A stretch of DNA of 64,000 nucleotides, from NCBI GenBank assembly GCA_030612025.1, contig JAUWOR010000001.1:135234-199233 (forward strand), in the 5' to 3' direction. The number at the start of each line of letters is the position of its first letter. Position 1 is the stretch's first letter. This document shows positions 9,664 to 20,445 of the stretch, one piece after another. Made by a program: the position numbers and the translations under genes. The notes under the pieces are model-generated. The model was not told the DNA's origin. It saw only the letters and a program-made list of their open reading frames with translations, and did no database searches. This DNA is from Dehalococcoidia bacterium. Its GTDB lineage: Bacteria > Chloroflexota > Dehalococcoidia > GIF9 > AB-539-J10.

Positions 9664-11155
9664 AGGCTGTCCTCCCTTCTTTGAGTCGCCTCCGGTCTAT
9701 TTTACCCGAGCCAGTCTTGGGTATGCTTTCTACAAGTTCAATTTTATGGGGCAACTTATAATTAGCTAAGCTTTGACGGCAAAATTCGCGTATTCCCTTC
9801 TTACTAATAGTCTGTCCTTCCTTGGGCACTACAAACAGTGTCGGGATTTGCCCTTTAAGCTCATCCATAACACCGACATATGCTGCTTCGGCAACACTGG
9901 GATGCTTTAAAAGCACATCCTCAACCTCTGTGGGGGGGATTTTGACTCCAGCCGAGGTTACTATAATAAATGATTTCTTCTCGATATAGTCTATATAGCC
10001 ATCTTCATCTATGCGGACTAAGTCGCCAGTATGAAACCAGCCGCCCTTAAGAACTTGAGCCGTGAGCTCAGGCACTTTATAATATTTCTTCATTACCTGA
10101 GGACTCCGACAAACAATTTCTCCTATTTCACCCTGGGGAACTTCCTTGCCAGCGGCATCTATTATCTTGATATCCTCAATTGGCTTACCTGCTGTCCCTA
10201 GCTTACGGTTGTGAATATCACCAAGGGTAGTAGCAATAGCCTCAGTAGTCCCGTATATCTCACAAAGGGTCAAGCCAAACTTCTCCTCCAAAGCCTTCAT
10301 AAGATGAGCCGAGGCTTTTGCCCCGGCAGTACACGCCACCCGTAAGGAACTGAGGTCATAACTCTTAAGGGTCTCATCATCTAACATGGCTAGGGCATTA
10401 TACATAGCTGGGACGCCCACCAGTATAGTTGCCTTCTCCTGCTCTACAACCTCTAAAAAATTCTTGGGAGTGAAACGAGGAAGAATTACTATAGTGGACC
10501 CTTTCATAGACGAAATAAGCCCAACAACTAACAAACCTAGGGCGTAAAAGAAGGGAATCATACCTACGGTGATATCTTCTCTCTCTTGCCCCAAACCAGG
10601 AGCCACAGTGGTAGCAGCTACCATGAGCGAACTATGAGTATGCACTACACCCTTTTGCTTCCCTAAAACACCAGAGGTGTATATGATGGCAGTCTCATCG
10701 TCATCTTTCATATCAACAACTGGTGATGTAGAAGAGCTATCAGCTATCATCTTGGTATAAGAGTCGCTATCAACTTCGATAATGTGTTTCAGTAAAGGGA
10801 TGTTGGGGAGGATCGAAAATAGCATCTCAGAAAAACTTTTTTCTGTTAGCAAGATCGTAGAATCGGAGTCACGGAGTAAGAAATCATATTCAGGCGCCTT
10901 AAGCATAGCATTAAGGATTACAGTCTTGCCTCCAGCTTTGACAACTCCAAAGTAGTTAATAAGCCACTCTGGATTATAGGACATTAAAATAGCTACATGG
11001 TCGCCTTTCTTCATCCCTAGCCCCATAAGGGCGTTGGCTATCCTATTAGAGCGTTCGTCTAATTCTTGATAACTAACTCTTTCAGGGCCAAGGACAATAG
11101 CAGTCTTCTGCGGCACCTCCCTGGCAGTTCTCTCCAGCATCTGTTTGATATTCAT
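9662..11155 (-). CDS. Long-chain acyl-CoA/AMP-dependent ligase
   Basis: IIYTSGVLGKQKGV, YGTTE, GWFHTGD, KTGSGKI. Confidence 0.9.
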   Translation of the reverse strand: MNIKQMLERTAREVPQKTAIVLGPERVSYQELDERSNRIANALMGLGMKKGDHVAILMSYNPEWLINYFGVVKAGGKTVILNAMLKAPEYDFLLRDSDSTILLTEKSFSEMLFSILPNIPLLKHIIEVDSDSYTKMIADSSSTSPVVDMKDDDETAIIYTSGVLGKQKGVVHTHSSLMVAATTVAPGLGQEREDITVGMIPFFYALGLLVVGLISSMKGSTIVILPRFTPKNFLEVVEQEKATILVGVPAMYNALAMLDDETLKSYDLSSLRVACTAGAKASAHLMKALEEKFGLTLCEIYGTTEAIATTLGDIHNRKLGTAGKPIEDIKIIDAAGKEVPQGEIGEIVCRSPQVMKKYYKVPELTAQVLKGGWFHTGDLVRIDEDGYIDYIEKKSFIIVTSAGVKIPPTEVEDVLLKHPSVAEAAYVGVMDELKGQIPTLFVVPKEGQTISKKGIREFCRQSLANYKLPHKIELVESIPKTGSGKIDRRRLKEGRTA

Positions 11156-11633
11156 TTTTCACCTCCAAAACTTCTCTTTCAATTATATAAAACTACTAGT
11201 TCTGGAGGCAATACAATTTGGGGGCTAAGGCTTTTCCATTTTGGTTGATTTGGCATATATAGCATCATCCAAGTACGGAGAATATGAAAAGGCCACAGTG
11301 GCCAAGAGAGTTAATTGTCGCGGTACAGAGTCAGCTTTGTCTACCTAGCAGTTATCATGGATGCTTTCTCCCTTAAAGCGACGGTTCCGTGTTATCTTCA
11401 CCAGTATTGACATAGAACTCACACTGAATACATATATGATATACTGGCTCTTGTGAAGAGTAGCCTACGCTATTTGTGGAGACATTCATGATTTAAAGAG
11501 GCTTCACTCGACACTAGACTACTGCTCACTAAATGAGTTTGAAGATAAATCGCTATAAAACAAAACAAGGGCCATCTTGCCGGATCGGTCAAACCCTTTT
11601 TGCCCAAACACTGGTGTGTAGTCCGACAGCTTG

Positions 11634-12584
11634 CTACCCTTGTGCTCGAGCTTCTACAAGATTCTGACCATGCTTTGGAAAGCTATCTCCCTCAACTATA
11701 GATAGCCAGCCACTGAAAGACGAGCCAATTCCAGCTTTTTCTGCCGGAGTCCAATAGTTCAAATCTTTATGGGGCTTGAAGAAGTTATAATGAACTAAGC
11801 AGCCGTTTAGCAATAACCTAGAGTTCTTTTCCTTCTTCACCTTTTGTACTAGCTTATTACCACGCATTAGAGGTTTGTTAACCTTCTTTGTCATAGCTTT
11901 GCTGGGTTTAATTATAAATCCTATATGTTGACAGCCTTCCATACCCTCTTTAAGCATCAATTCAATGTTGTTTAGATACATTTCCAGTGTGTTCGTGATA
12001 ACTCTTCGTGGAAATTTGCCAGCTTTTTCAGTTGCCTGCCACGTAAGCGCCTGGAAATTTTGCATGGTGCGTGACTGCGACATGCAGGAAGCTAACAAAA
12101 ATCTAGTCCTGGAGTCTATTATATGCCAAATCCACCACTTTTCACCTCTTATCTTTAGAGACGTTTCAGCGGCGATCCAAACATCCCCCACCTTTGGTTT
12201 GTAGGCTTTGGTTTTTTCAATAGCCACTTTAGTAAAACGAATTATCCACCTGTAGATGGTAGAGGTAGAAGGATAGTTCCTATATTGTTGTTCTATATGC
12301 CGACGAATAGCACAGATAGACCTTCTTTCGTAAAACATATTCAGAGCTGAGGCTACCTGAAATGAAGGTGTCTTCATATGAGGCAAGGCATCATTGTCAG
12401 CAAACTTTCTTCCACAGTCCTTACAAAAGTATCTTTGCAGACCTTGGTATTGCCCGTATTTCACTATGTTTTTCGAGTCACAGAGCTTGCACTTCAGATC
12501 TGTTCCGCTGTCTAAACTGCGTCTAAAAAAGCCAGTTATAGCACTATTTATTGTCATTCCTATTTCGCTACTTCTCTTAGCCAT
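11634..12584 (-). CDS. IS1/IS6-like transposase homologue with Zn ribbon; DDE triad apparently lost
   Basis: CxxC..QRYFCKDCGRKF, STIYRWI, IDSRTRFLLAS, HYNFFKPH..TPAEKAG; AET replaces DET and ITN replaces ITD. Confidence 0.75.
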   Translation of the reverse strand: MAKRSSEIGMTINSAITGFFRRSLDSGTDLKCKLCDSKNIVKYGQYQGLQRYFCKDCGRKFADNDALPHMKTPSFQVASALNMFYERRSICAIRRHIEQQYRNYPSTSTIYRWIIRFTKVAIEKTKAYKPKVGDVWIAAETSLKIRGEKWWIWHIIDSRTRFLLASCMSQSRTMQNFQALTWQATEKAGKFPRRVITNTLEMYLNNIELMLKEGMEGCQHIGFIIKPSKAMTKKVNKPLMRGNKLVQKVKKEKNSRLLLNGCLVHYNFFKPHKDLNYWTPAEKAGIGSSFSGWLSIVEGDSFPKHGQNLVEARAQG

Positions 12585-12597
12585 TAGTGCCTCTTAT

Positions 12598-12933
12598 CTA
12601 ACAACCCTTCACCGACACCCTTATTCCCACTCTATCAGCATTGCTATCGTTGATAATTAGTCCGGAATCATCCAGCGCTATACGAGTAGCCACCAGAGCA
12701 TAGTGAATAAAGGGGTCGGTTCTCCTTATCCTCTTTTTATCCAAGAAATCTTCAGGATGGAAATCTTTTATCTCAGCAGCGATTTGCGTCTTAAAACCGG
12801 TAGGGTCAAACTTGGTGATTCTCGCTACCCCTGATTTGCCCCGGCATAAAGCCTGCCATGACTGCTCAGTACCAGTTGCCAGGGGAGTAACGGCACCAAC
12901 GCCGGTAACGGCTACTCTCCTCTTATGGTTCAT
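12598..12933 (-). pseudogene. fabF: Truncated second copy of fabF (N-terminal ~105 aa)
   Basis: Near-identical to the N-terminus of 8020..9261 up to DRVGI, then diverges and stops. Confidence 0.9.
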
Positions 12934-12935
12934 TG

Positions 12936-13175
12936 TTAACTTTTTAACTCGATGTAGTTAACTGCGTCCTGGACAGTTTGTATTTTCTCCGCATCCTCGT
13001 CTGGGATTTCAATCCCGAAGGTATCTTCCGCTGCGGTAATAAACTCTATCAAATCTAAGCTATCAGCACCAAGATCATCAATAAATGAGGCTTCGGGAAC
13101 TACTTTTGTTTCCTCAACTTCCAATAGCTCTACGATTAACTTTTTTAACCTTTCAAGGATATTTCCATCACTCAC
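12936..13175 (-). CDS. acpP: Acyl carrier protein, second copy
   Basis: One amino-acid difference from 9264..9503; GTG start. Confidence 0.92.
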   Translation of the reverse strand: MSDGNILERLKKLIVELLEVEETKVVPEASFIDDLGADSLDLIEFITAAEDTFGIEIPDEDAEKIQTVQDAVNYIELKS

Positions 13176-13196
13176 TTTTTACCTCATTTCTGGGCT

Positions 13197-13335
13197 GAGA
13201 CTGTTTAATTTTGCCTCATCCGGATTCTCGTAGTGCGACCCTTTAGGGTCGTGCTCGAGGCTAAAGTAGTTGCCTGATTTATCAGGCTCTTATTGCCCAA
13301 TAAATTGGGCAACTACTACATTTTTAAACACCCTC
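13197..13335. mobile_element. REP-carrying MITE-like element (copy of 9525-9663)
   Basis: Same TIRs and chimeric cargo; right flank TCCTA does not match left GGGCT. Confidence 0.75.
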
Positions 13336-13474
13336 TCCTAATGCTACTTCCTCCTACCACCTCCGTCAATATATCATGTCACGATGTATACCCTGTCCAA
13401 AACTGCTAGTGCATAAATGACGAAAAGGTGAACCATCCTCGTAAGTATCCGAACATTTAACTGAGCCGCTAAAA

Positions 13475-14353
13475 TTAAATCTCAAATCGCATGCCGGTGC
13501 GCAAAGGCGAGAATCTTTCTTTAAAGGTAAGGTAAAGCTCAACTTGCGCTTTGAACCCTGTGCAATGACCGGCGCCTATCCGTGCCACACTCAACTTAGA
13601 AAGCTCCTCAACCGTTCTCTTTATTCGAGCCTCAGGTGCCTCCACAAGATGGAAACCGCCGATAATAGCCCCTATTTTCTCACAGCCGGTTAACTCTATG
13701 GCCTGGTTCACAATATTAACGATCCCAGCATGGCTGCAACCTGTGACAATTACCAAACCTTTCTCTTTAACATTTGCTACCACAGAAATATCGTCGAGCA
13801 TCTGGTCATCTTTGACCCTCCCATTTTCTATCGTCTTCACCCCTATCCCTACTTCCTCAAACTCAGTTTGCCTCTTTACTTCGCCGGTCGTCATAATCCC
13901 GGGCATTATCACAAGAGGGTCTCTAGTGAGAAGAAGTCTCCCCCCAGCTTTTTCTATGTTCTCCTTCGAATCATCTGGCATAATGCCTACATACTTAAAA
14001 TAGGTATCAATAACAAAATTTGGACGGAAGATATCTGGATGAGCAATTACCCGGATATCCCTTTTACCTATTTCTCTGAGCATATTCACTACTCCTTTGG
14101 TGTGGTCATAGTGGCAATGAGTTAGAGCGATCACATCAATAGCCGATGGGGAAATATTCATGATTCTCATATTGCTAAGAAGGGCTTGTGAGTTTTGACC
14201 AACATCAACGAGGATTCTCCTAATATTCGAGTCCTTTGTTCCTTCAAGAAGAAAAGAGACCCCGTGTTGTCCTAAATATGGGCTTTCATAAAGGACAGAA
14301 TCCTCTGCCAAGACTGTAATTTTAAGACTGTCTAGCTCGCTGGTTTCTGCCAT
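13475..14353 (-). CDS. MBL-fold metallo-hydrolase
   Basis: LTHCHYDHTKG, TGCSHAGI, IGGFHL, AGHCTG. Confidence 0.85.
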   Translation of the reverse strand: MAETSELDSLKITVLAEDSVLYESPYLGQHGVSFLLEGTKDSNIRRILVDVGQNSQALLSNMRIMNISPSAIDVIALTHCHYDHTKGVVNMLREIGKRDIRVIAHPDIFRPNFVIDTYFKYVGIMPDDSKENIEKAGGRLLLTRDPLVIMPGIMTTGEVKRQTEFEEVGIGVKTIENGRVKDDQMLDDISVVANVKEKGLVIVTGCSHAGIVNIVNQAIELTGCEKIGAIIGGFHLVEAPEARIKRTVEELSKLSVARIGAGHCTGFKAQVELYLTFKERFSPLRTGMRFEI

Positions 14354-14434
14354 CTTCAAAATTCTCTTAGACAAAATTAGGGCACCACCCTATAAGACAG
14401 CAGCGCCCTAATCTATCTTCAGCCCACTACTTAC

Positions 14435-15601
14435 TTATTTACTAACTACCTTTATTCTAGCATTCTTATAACCAGTTTCAGTTGCAGGATCCTTAACCAC
14501 TTCCCAAATTTCAAAGGTGCCCGAAGTGCGGTCACCCACCTCGTCAAAAGCAATAGGGCCAGTGACACCCTCAAATTCCAGCCCGGTCAAGGCAGCCCTT
14601 ATAGCCTCGCCATCATAGACACCGGCTTTTTCTATTGCCTTGACTGCTGTCCGCACGGCATCATAAGTAGTATCGCAGTAAATCTCAGGAGCCTCGCCAA
14701 ACTTATCAGTGTATTTAGCAACAAACTGTTCATAAGCTGATCCTGAGCCAACAGTTCTAGTCCCAGCAACAATGGCTTTCTCCATGAACTCAGCACTCTT
14801 CGGTTCTTTAAAGAGACCTGAACCGTAGTTACCATCACAGCCAAGCCAGGCGATGTTATCCAAACCCATCTCTAAGGCCTGCTTGAAGACTATAATGCCA
14901 TCATCACAATAGCTAACAATAAGGACTGCATCAGGGTTGCTGCCCTTAATTTGCTGTAGCTCAGTGCGATAATCCTTTTTAGCCTCAGCATAGTGTATTG
15001 ATACCACATGCTCCCCTTGCCATCCTGCCTCTTGAAGCCCTTCAATAAGCGCTTCTTCTACACCTTTGCCGTATAGGTTATCCAGTACTATAGAAGCTAG
15101 CCTGGTATAGCCTTCCTCCATAGCGATGCTGGCTAGCACCCGGCCTTGGGCATCATCAAGAAGACATGCGCGGAAGAACCACTCAGTACCCTCCATTTCA
15201 GAAAGCTCAAATGCTGTAGCTGACATTGTTATCAGAGGAACCTTGTGCTCTTTCGCATATGGGATGGCAAGCTTAGAAGAACCTGAGATCATAGGGCCAA
15301 CGATTACTTGTACCCCGTCTATCTCTATCAGCTTCTTAACTCTTTCCAAACCTGCCGCTGGGTCTGTCTTGCCATCCTCTTCCACCAATTCCACCTGTTT
15401 TCCCAACACCCCACCAGCAGCATTGATTTCCTCAACTGCTAGCTTGGCACCATTCAGCATCCTAGCCCCCATGGCAGCCAAGTCCCCACTGAGGTCCATT
15501 ACACAGCCTACCTTGATTGTTTCAGCCTCCTTCGGCGCGCAGGCCACCGCTGGAATAAGCAAACTCAGGGCAGCTACCACTAATAATAGTTTTTTAATCA
15601 T
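14435..15601 (-). CDS. Branched-chain amino acid-type ABC substrate-binding lipoprotein
   Basis: Lipobox AVAC; GAKLAVEEINAAGGVLGK; FEGVTGPIAFD. Confidence 0.9.
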   Translation of the reverse strand: MIKKLLLVVAALSLLIPAVACAPKEAETIKVGCVMDLSGDLAAMGARMLNGAKLAVEEINAAGGVLGKQVELVEEDGKTDPAAGLERVKKLIEIDGVQVIVGPMISGSSKLAIPYAKEHKVPLITMSATAFELSEMEGTEWFFRACLLDDAQGRVLASIAMEEGYTRLASIVLDNLYGKGVEEALIEGLQEAGWQGEHVVSIHYAEAKKDYRTELQQIKGSNPDAVLIVSYCDDGIIVFKQALEMGLDNIAWLGCDGNYGSGLFKEPKSAEFMEKAIVAGTRTVGSGSAYEQFVAKYTDKFGEAPEIYCDTTYDAVRTAVKAIEKAGVYDGEAIRAALTGLEFEGVTGPIAFDEVGDRTSGTFEIWEVVKDPATETGYKNARIKVVSK

Positions 15602-15630
15602 GTTTCACTCCTTTCATGGAAATTTAATTG

Positions 15631-16386
15631 TTAATTGTGCACGGAAGATAAATCCGTGTCAATACCCTTAGGCTCTAAACCTAAAAATCGATGCTTAGAG
15701 GATTCTTCAGTAAATAGGGAAGCAGCTTCTCCTTCCATAGCACAAGTGCCATTAACTAAAACATAACCCCGGCTAGAAACACTCAAAGCCTTTTTGACAT
15801 TTTGCTCCACTATTACTATAGCTACGCCAGCTTCTTTTATCCTCTCCATCTTAGATAAAATGGCTGAAGTCGGCTTAGGAGATAGGGAAGCTAATGGCTC
15901 ATCAAGCAGCAGGACTTTTGGTTCTGCCATCATAGCTCTAGCTATAGCTAACATTTGCCTTTCCCCACCACTTAAGCTTCCCGCCAAGGCATTTTTTCTC
16001 ACCTCAAGCTCGGGGAACATCTCATATATCTCCGCCATCCCAGCTTTAATAGAAGCTTTACCCTTCCTATGATAGGCTCCCATATCTAAATTCTCTCTTA
16101 TGGTGAGATTGGGGAAAATATTGTTTATTTGAGGCACATAGCCTATGCCCATACTTACCACCCGATCAGAAGCTATTCCAGTAATATCCTTGCCTTGATA
16201 AAAAACACTACCTCGAAATAGCTTGACAAAGCCAAGACAGCTTTTGATCAAGGTTGATTTGCCACTGCCATTAGGTCCCACGATAGCCACAATCTCACCC
16301 TCAGCTATCCTGACGGAGACATCATGGACAATAATGACGTCGCCATAGCCAGCATCAATGTTTTCAGCCGCGAAGATAGGTTCCAC
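15631..16386 (-). CDS. livF: ABC ATP-binding protein, LivF-type
   Basis: GPNGSGKST, LSGGERQMLAIARA, IVEQN. Confidence 0.9.
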   Translation of the reverse strand: MEPIFAAENIDAGYGDVIIVHDVSVRIAEGEIVAIVGPNGSGKSTLIKSCLGFVKLFRGSVFYQGKDITGIASDRVVSMGIGYVPQINNIFPNLTIRENLDMGAYHRKGKASIKAGMAEIYEMFPELEVRKNALAGSLSGGERQMLAIARAMMAEPKVLLLDEPLASLSPKPTSAILSKMERIKEAGVAIVIVEQNVKKALSVSSRGYVLVNGTCAMEGEAASLFTEESSKHRFLGLEPKGIDTDLSSVHN

Positions 16387-17163
16387 TTATTCTTCCCCCA
16401 GATATGCCTGATAAAAAGCAGGGTCATCAATTATGGCTTGAGGTTGTCCCGTAGCCACCATCTTTCCTTTATCCATAACATAAACCCAGGAGGCAAACTC
16501 AAACAATATCTCCAGCCTATGCTCCACAATGAAAAAAGTCGTGCCATTATAAGAGAAATCTTTTAATTTCTGAAATATGCTCCTGCCCAACACAGGATTT
16601 ATTCCCGCGGCTGGTTCGTCAAGAAGCAAAAGCGTCGGCTTAGCCATAAGCCCCCTGGCAACTTCCAGAAGCTTTCTCTGTCCTCCAGAAAGCTCACCAG
16701 CAGGGGAAAAAGCCCATTGAGCCAGCTCCGCAAGCTCCAGGATATCTAGAGCTTCTTGGATTAGTCCTTTTTCCTGCTCCTGCCACTTCCTCCTCAGGAA
16801 AAGGCTATTTAATAATCTATCGCCCTGGTGTCCACGTGCTGCCACCAGCATATTGTCTAATACGCTCATTTGAAGAAAGAGGCGCGGCAATTGAAAGGCA
16901 TTAACCAGCCCCAAAGCATAAATTTGGTGAGGAGCTAAGTTGCTGATGCAGTTACTATTGAAATAAATATTTCCCTGATCAGGTCTGTAGAGACCGAGGA
17001 TGGTATTAAACAAGGTAGTCTTGCCACTGCCATTAGGTCCCACCAAGCCACAAATGCCACCCTGTTTGACATCCAGGCTTACACCATTGACGGCATAAAC
17101 GCCACCAAAATGCTTGCTAACTTCTTCTATCTTTAATAATGTTTCTTCCATATAAATCGCCAT
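16387..17163 (-). CDS. livG: ABC ATP-binding protein, LivG-type
   Basis: GPNGSGKTTLFN, LLLDEPAAGIN, C-terminal AYLGE. Confidence 0.9.
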   Translation of the reverse strand: MAIYMEETLLKIEEVSKHFGGVYAVNGVSLDVKQGGICGLVGPNGSGKTTLFNTILGLYRPDQGNIYFNSNCISNLAPHQIYALGLVNAFQLPRLFLQMSVLDNMLVAARGHQGDRLLNSLFLRRKWQEQEKGLIQEALDILELAELAQWAFSPAGELSGGQRKLLEVARGLMAKPTLLLLDEPAAGINPVLGRSIFQKLKDFSYNGTTFFIVEHRLEILFEFASWVYVMDKGKMVATGQPQAIIDDPAFYQAYLGEE

Positions 17164-17296
17164 GACCTTGCCAATTTTCGTCTGTCGGGATGCATGCTAT
17201 CAAGATGGATGAGATTATATCGCTAAAACTTCTTTATATCTAGCCCCTTTTTACAGGGGCCATATAAAGACAAAGAGACGAATACCAAAGTGCTTG

Positions 17297-18241
17297 CTAA
17301 CTTCCCTTATTTTTAGTAGCGCTTCTTTCATAGCGAGCTAACTCTATTGCCTTTGTCTTAATCCGGCTTTCCTTTAACAAACCCTGTGGTCGGTAAAGCA
17401 AAACAAAGATAATTAAAGCACCAAATAAAATATATTGCAAGCTACTGGGGTCAATGGGCAAAACTAAATAATCCTTAGCCATATTCGCCCCTCGATCGAA
17501 TAGCTCCACCAGCCCAGCACCTAACAATACTCCCCAGTTATTAGCTGGTCCTCCCAAAAGAACCATTATCCACACGGTAAAGGTAACCATAGGCATAAAC
17601 ATGCCAGGGAGGACGCACTGAAGATATTGAGCATAAAGCCCACCAGCTACTCCGGCTATAGCCGAACCTAACATAAGTGCTTGAGCTTTGTATTTAGCCC
17701 TATCCTTTCCCAATGCTTCAGCAGCTACCTCATCCTCCCTTATGGCTCGCATTGCCCTACCATAAGGGGAGTTGGCCAAAAGTTGAACCACGAGGAAACA
17801 GATAAACAAACAAAAATAGACCAGGCCTATATTCACTAGAGCGTCAACACGATGAGAGGCGCCCATCAGAGAAATAGCTGGTGAAACTGTTACCCCCCAA
17901 TCACCCCCAGCAATCCAATCTTCAGATTTAACAATCAATCTCAAGATTTCACCAAAAGCTAAGACTACTATAGCTAAGTAATCCGCTCTCAACCTCAGAG
18001 CAGGCAAAGAAATAAGCAAGCCAAAAATAGCTGAGATTAAGGCGCCAGCGATAAGGCAAAGATAAAAGGGAAGACCAGTTTGAGACAGGAGGGCATAGGT
18101 GTAAGCACCAATGAGAAAGAAAGCCACCTTACCAAAATTGGCAAGCCCGGCAAAGCCAAACTCCAGGTTCAGGCTCAGAGCTACTATGCCAAAGATGCCA
18201 ATATAGACAATAAGGTCGAGAACATAAAGTAGGGGATCCAA
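17297..18241 (-). CDS. livM: ABC permease, LivM-type
   Basis: LRLRADYLAIVVLAFGEI, SPYGRAMRAIREDEVAA. Confidence 0.9.
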   Translation of the reverse strand: MDPLLYVLDLIVYIGIFGIVALSLNLEFGFAGLANFGKVAFFLIGAYTYALLSQTGLPFYLCLIAGALISAIFGLLISLPALRLRADYLAIVVLAFGEILRLIVKSEDWIAGGDWGVTVSPAISLMGASHRVDALVNIGLVYFCLFICFLVVQLLANSPYGRAMRAIREDEVAAEALGKDRAKYKAQALMLGSAIAGVAGGLYAQYLQCVLPGMFMPMVTFTVWIMVLLGGPANNWGVLLGAGLVELFDRGANMAKDYLVLPIDPSSLQYILFGALIIFVLLYRPQGLLKESRIKTKAIELARYERSATKNKGS

Positions 18242-18242
18242 A

Positions 18243-19130
18243 TCAAGCTCTCCTAAACAACATAGCTAATCCCTGCGGCCTCACAATTAGAGTTATTATC
18301 AAAATCAAGAAAGCTATACCTATACGATATGCCGTAGAAAGCCCCAGAGCTATCAACCCTACCACCCCAATATTTTCAGCTAGTCCAATGATGAAGGCTG
18401 CGGCTATGGCACCATAAAAGTTGCCAATGCCGCCAAGTATAGCAACGGCGAACATAGGTAATATGATATCCCATCCCGTCATAGGCCAGATCTGGGTATC
18501 GGCAGCGCGAAATATGCCAGCAATGGCTGCCAGTCCGGCACCAATAAACCAGGTTAGCCAGATCACCCGGTCAACACTGATTCCCGAGGCCAAGGCAAGC
18601 TCTGGATTGCTAGAAGTCGCCCTTATTGCCTTGCCTATCTTGGTTTTCACCAAAATAAAGTGCATGATAACTGCTAGAGCTAGGGCAGTAAAAATAAGCC
18701 ATAGCCATAGACCAGTAACCCTTAGTGGACCTACAGCATAAGAAGACCAGGTAGTGGTAAAATACAAAGGTCTCCAAGTCCAAATGCCGCCAATGGAATG
18801 CCTCAGGATAAAGCCCAAGGCAATGGAAGCCACCATAAGGTGGATGATGGTAGCTCCCTTTTTGGCTAAAGGCTGGAAGATGCCACGGTAACATAAAAAA
18901 CCCACTATCCCAGTGACCAAGAAGGCAACAATAAGAGCTGCTGGCAAACCTAACCCTAATTGCTCCGCCACAAAGTAGCCGATAAAAGCACCTAAGGTAA
19001 TAAGCTCCGCATGGGCAAAATTGGGGAAATTAGACAGACCATAGGTTAAGGTAAGCCCTACCGCCCCAATGAGATAAAGGCTTCCCGTAATCACGGAATT
19101 AAATAGCACTTGTGCCCAGTTGACTGTCAT
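18243..19130 (-). CDS. livH: ABC permease, LivH-type
   Basis: GLTLTYG..NFAHAE, TKIGKAIRATS, AILGGIG. Confidence 0.9.
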   Translation of the reverse strand: MTVNWAQVLFNSVITGSLYLIGAVGLTLTYGLSNFPNFAHAELITLGAFIGYFVAEQLGLGLPAALIVAFLVTGIVGFLCYRGIFQPLAKKGATIIHLMVASIALGFILRHSIGGIWTWRPLYFTTTWSSYAVGPLRVTGLWLWLIFTALALAVIMHFILVKTKIGKAIRATSSNPELALASGISVDRVIWLTWFIGAGLAAIAGIFRAADTQIWPMTGWDIILPMFAVAILGGIGNFYGAIAAAFIIGLAENIGVVGLIALGLSTAYRIGIAFLILIITLIVRPQGLAMLFRRA

Positions 19131-19138
19131 AGCTAGGG

Positions 19139-19203
19139 TAATAAATAAGATTTTAGCTCAGTTAAGTTGCTAATAGCCTCCTGATGGTCATCCCCAGCCC
19201 TAT
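19139..19203. repeat. 65-bp direct repeat of 26747-26811 (HAD gene 3' end)
   Basis: TAATAAATAAGATTTTAGCTCAGTTAAGTTGCTAATAG..CTCCTGATGGTCATCCCC; about 3 mismatches. Confidence 0.9.
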
Positions 19204-19400
19204 GGAGCCAGAAAGTGCCCTCAGGAGCCAAGTTTCCAGCCGTGGTCAACACGCTCCAAATATAACAAAGTTACCACCAGCTTGAGTAGACAAGAGCAAC
19301 ACCCTGCTAGGTTACTTCCACAAAATTTGACCAAGAGCCTAGTTTTTCAAAGAATATTTAGCAGTTTTCTCCACGATACATTAGCACACTTTTGGGCAAA

Positions 19401-20441
19401 TTAAATTAGGATTTTCCCGTTCTCTATAACTGCCTTGCCATCAAATTTCAGTGTTGGTTTTGGAATCACAAAGTCTTGATGGAGATCTGCTGTTACCTTC
19501 CCACCCATGTGCGAGCTGTCCCCTACCGCGATATGAACTGTTTCCCTTATTTTTTCTGCTTCAAGTACATTGTCAGGACGCCTTGCGTTGGGATTCGTGC
19601 CAATGCCCAGCTCGGCGCAATTTCTGCGGGAGAGATAAGGTTCCTCATTTTTCCCACAGGCTAGCATCTCTCTGAACTCATTACCCACCTTACCCCCACT
19701 GATAACTTTTGTCACCTGCCCATCTTGGAAAACAAAGGTCATATCTTTTTCCAGATTTGCGTACCAGCCTTTTTCCACCACCAAATTTCCATTCGTCGTC
19801 CCTTCCAGGGGCACAGAAAAAACCTCGCCAGAGGGCAGATTTCCAAAGGCACCTTTTTCGGTAAATATACCATCATCTATCAGCCCTTTTCTTCCTTCCA
19901 AGCTGAATCTTAGGTCTGTGCCGCCTGGGGATGTTACCGTGACCTCTCTTGCTTGGTCAACCAGTTTTGCTATCCTCTGGCATTCCTCGTGTACCTTGGT
20001 GAAGTCTGTCGCCATCGGCCCTCCGGGATAGAACATCTCGGGAAGAAACATAGGCATGCTCGCAATGCGCGTGCCCGATTTGGTAGCGTTCTCTCGTGCT
20101 TCTGTATGGGAAAGTGAGTAACTCGTTATAGCAATGGCTACATCAGCTTCCTTCAATTTTTCTTCTACTTCTTTTCCAGGCTCTGCGCCATGCCTTCCCA
20201 CAGAGGGATAGGCGTAAAATTGCACCTTGCAACTTGGGAACTTCTCACCTGCTATCTCGCTCACCATCCTGGCGAGGAGGGACCTTTCCACCACTTCAGC
20301 AAGTTCTTTGCTTTCCTTCTTTACCCACTCCTCGGTGGTTGGCACATCTGTAATTACAAGTAGCCTCTCACCACTTTTGACGCCCATATTCACTTTGAAC
20401 ATGTTTATCACACCTGGTGCAACTTTTTCCCTCTCTACCAT
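19401..20441 (-). CDS. M29/thermophilic-metalloprotease-like aminopeptidase
   Basis: GNLPSGEVF, AELGIGTNP, EAEKIRETVHIAVGDS, HQD. Confidence 0.85.
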   Translation of the reverse strand: MVEREKVAPGVINMFKVNMGVKSGERLLVITDVPTTEEWVKKESKELAEVVERSLLARMVSEIAGEKFPSCKVQFYAYPSVGRHGAEPGKEVEEKLKEADVAIAITSYSLSHTEARENATKSGTRIASMPMFLPEMFYPGGPMATDFTKVHEECQRIAKLVDQAREVTVTSPGGTDLRFSLEGRKGLIDDGIFTEKGAFGNLPSGEVFSVPLEGTTNGNLVVEKGWYANLEKDMTFVFQDGQVTKVISGGKVGNEFREMLACGKNEEPYLSRRNCAELGIGTNPNARRPDNVLEAEKIRETVHIAVGDSSHMGGKVTADLHQDFVIPKPTLKFDGKAVIENGKILI

Positions 20442-20445
20442 GTTA

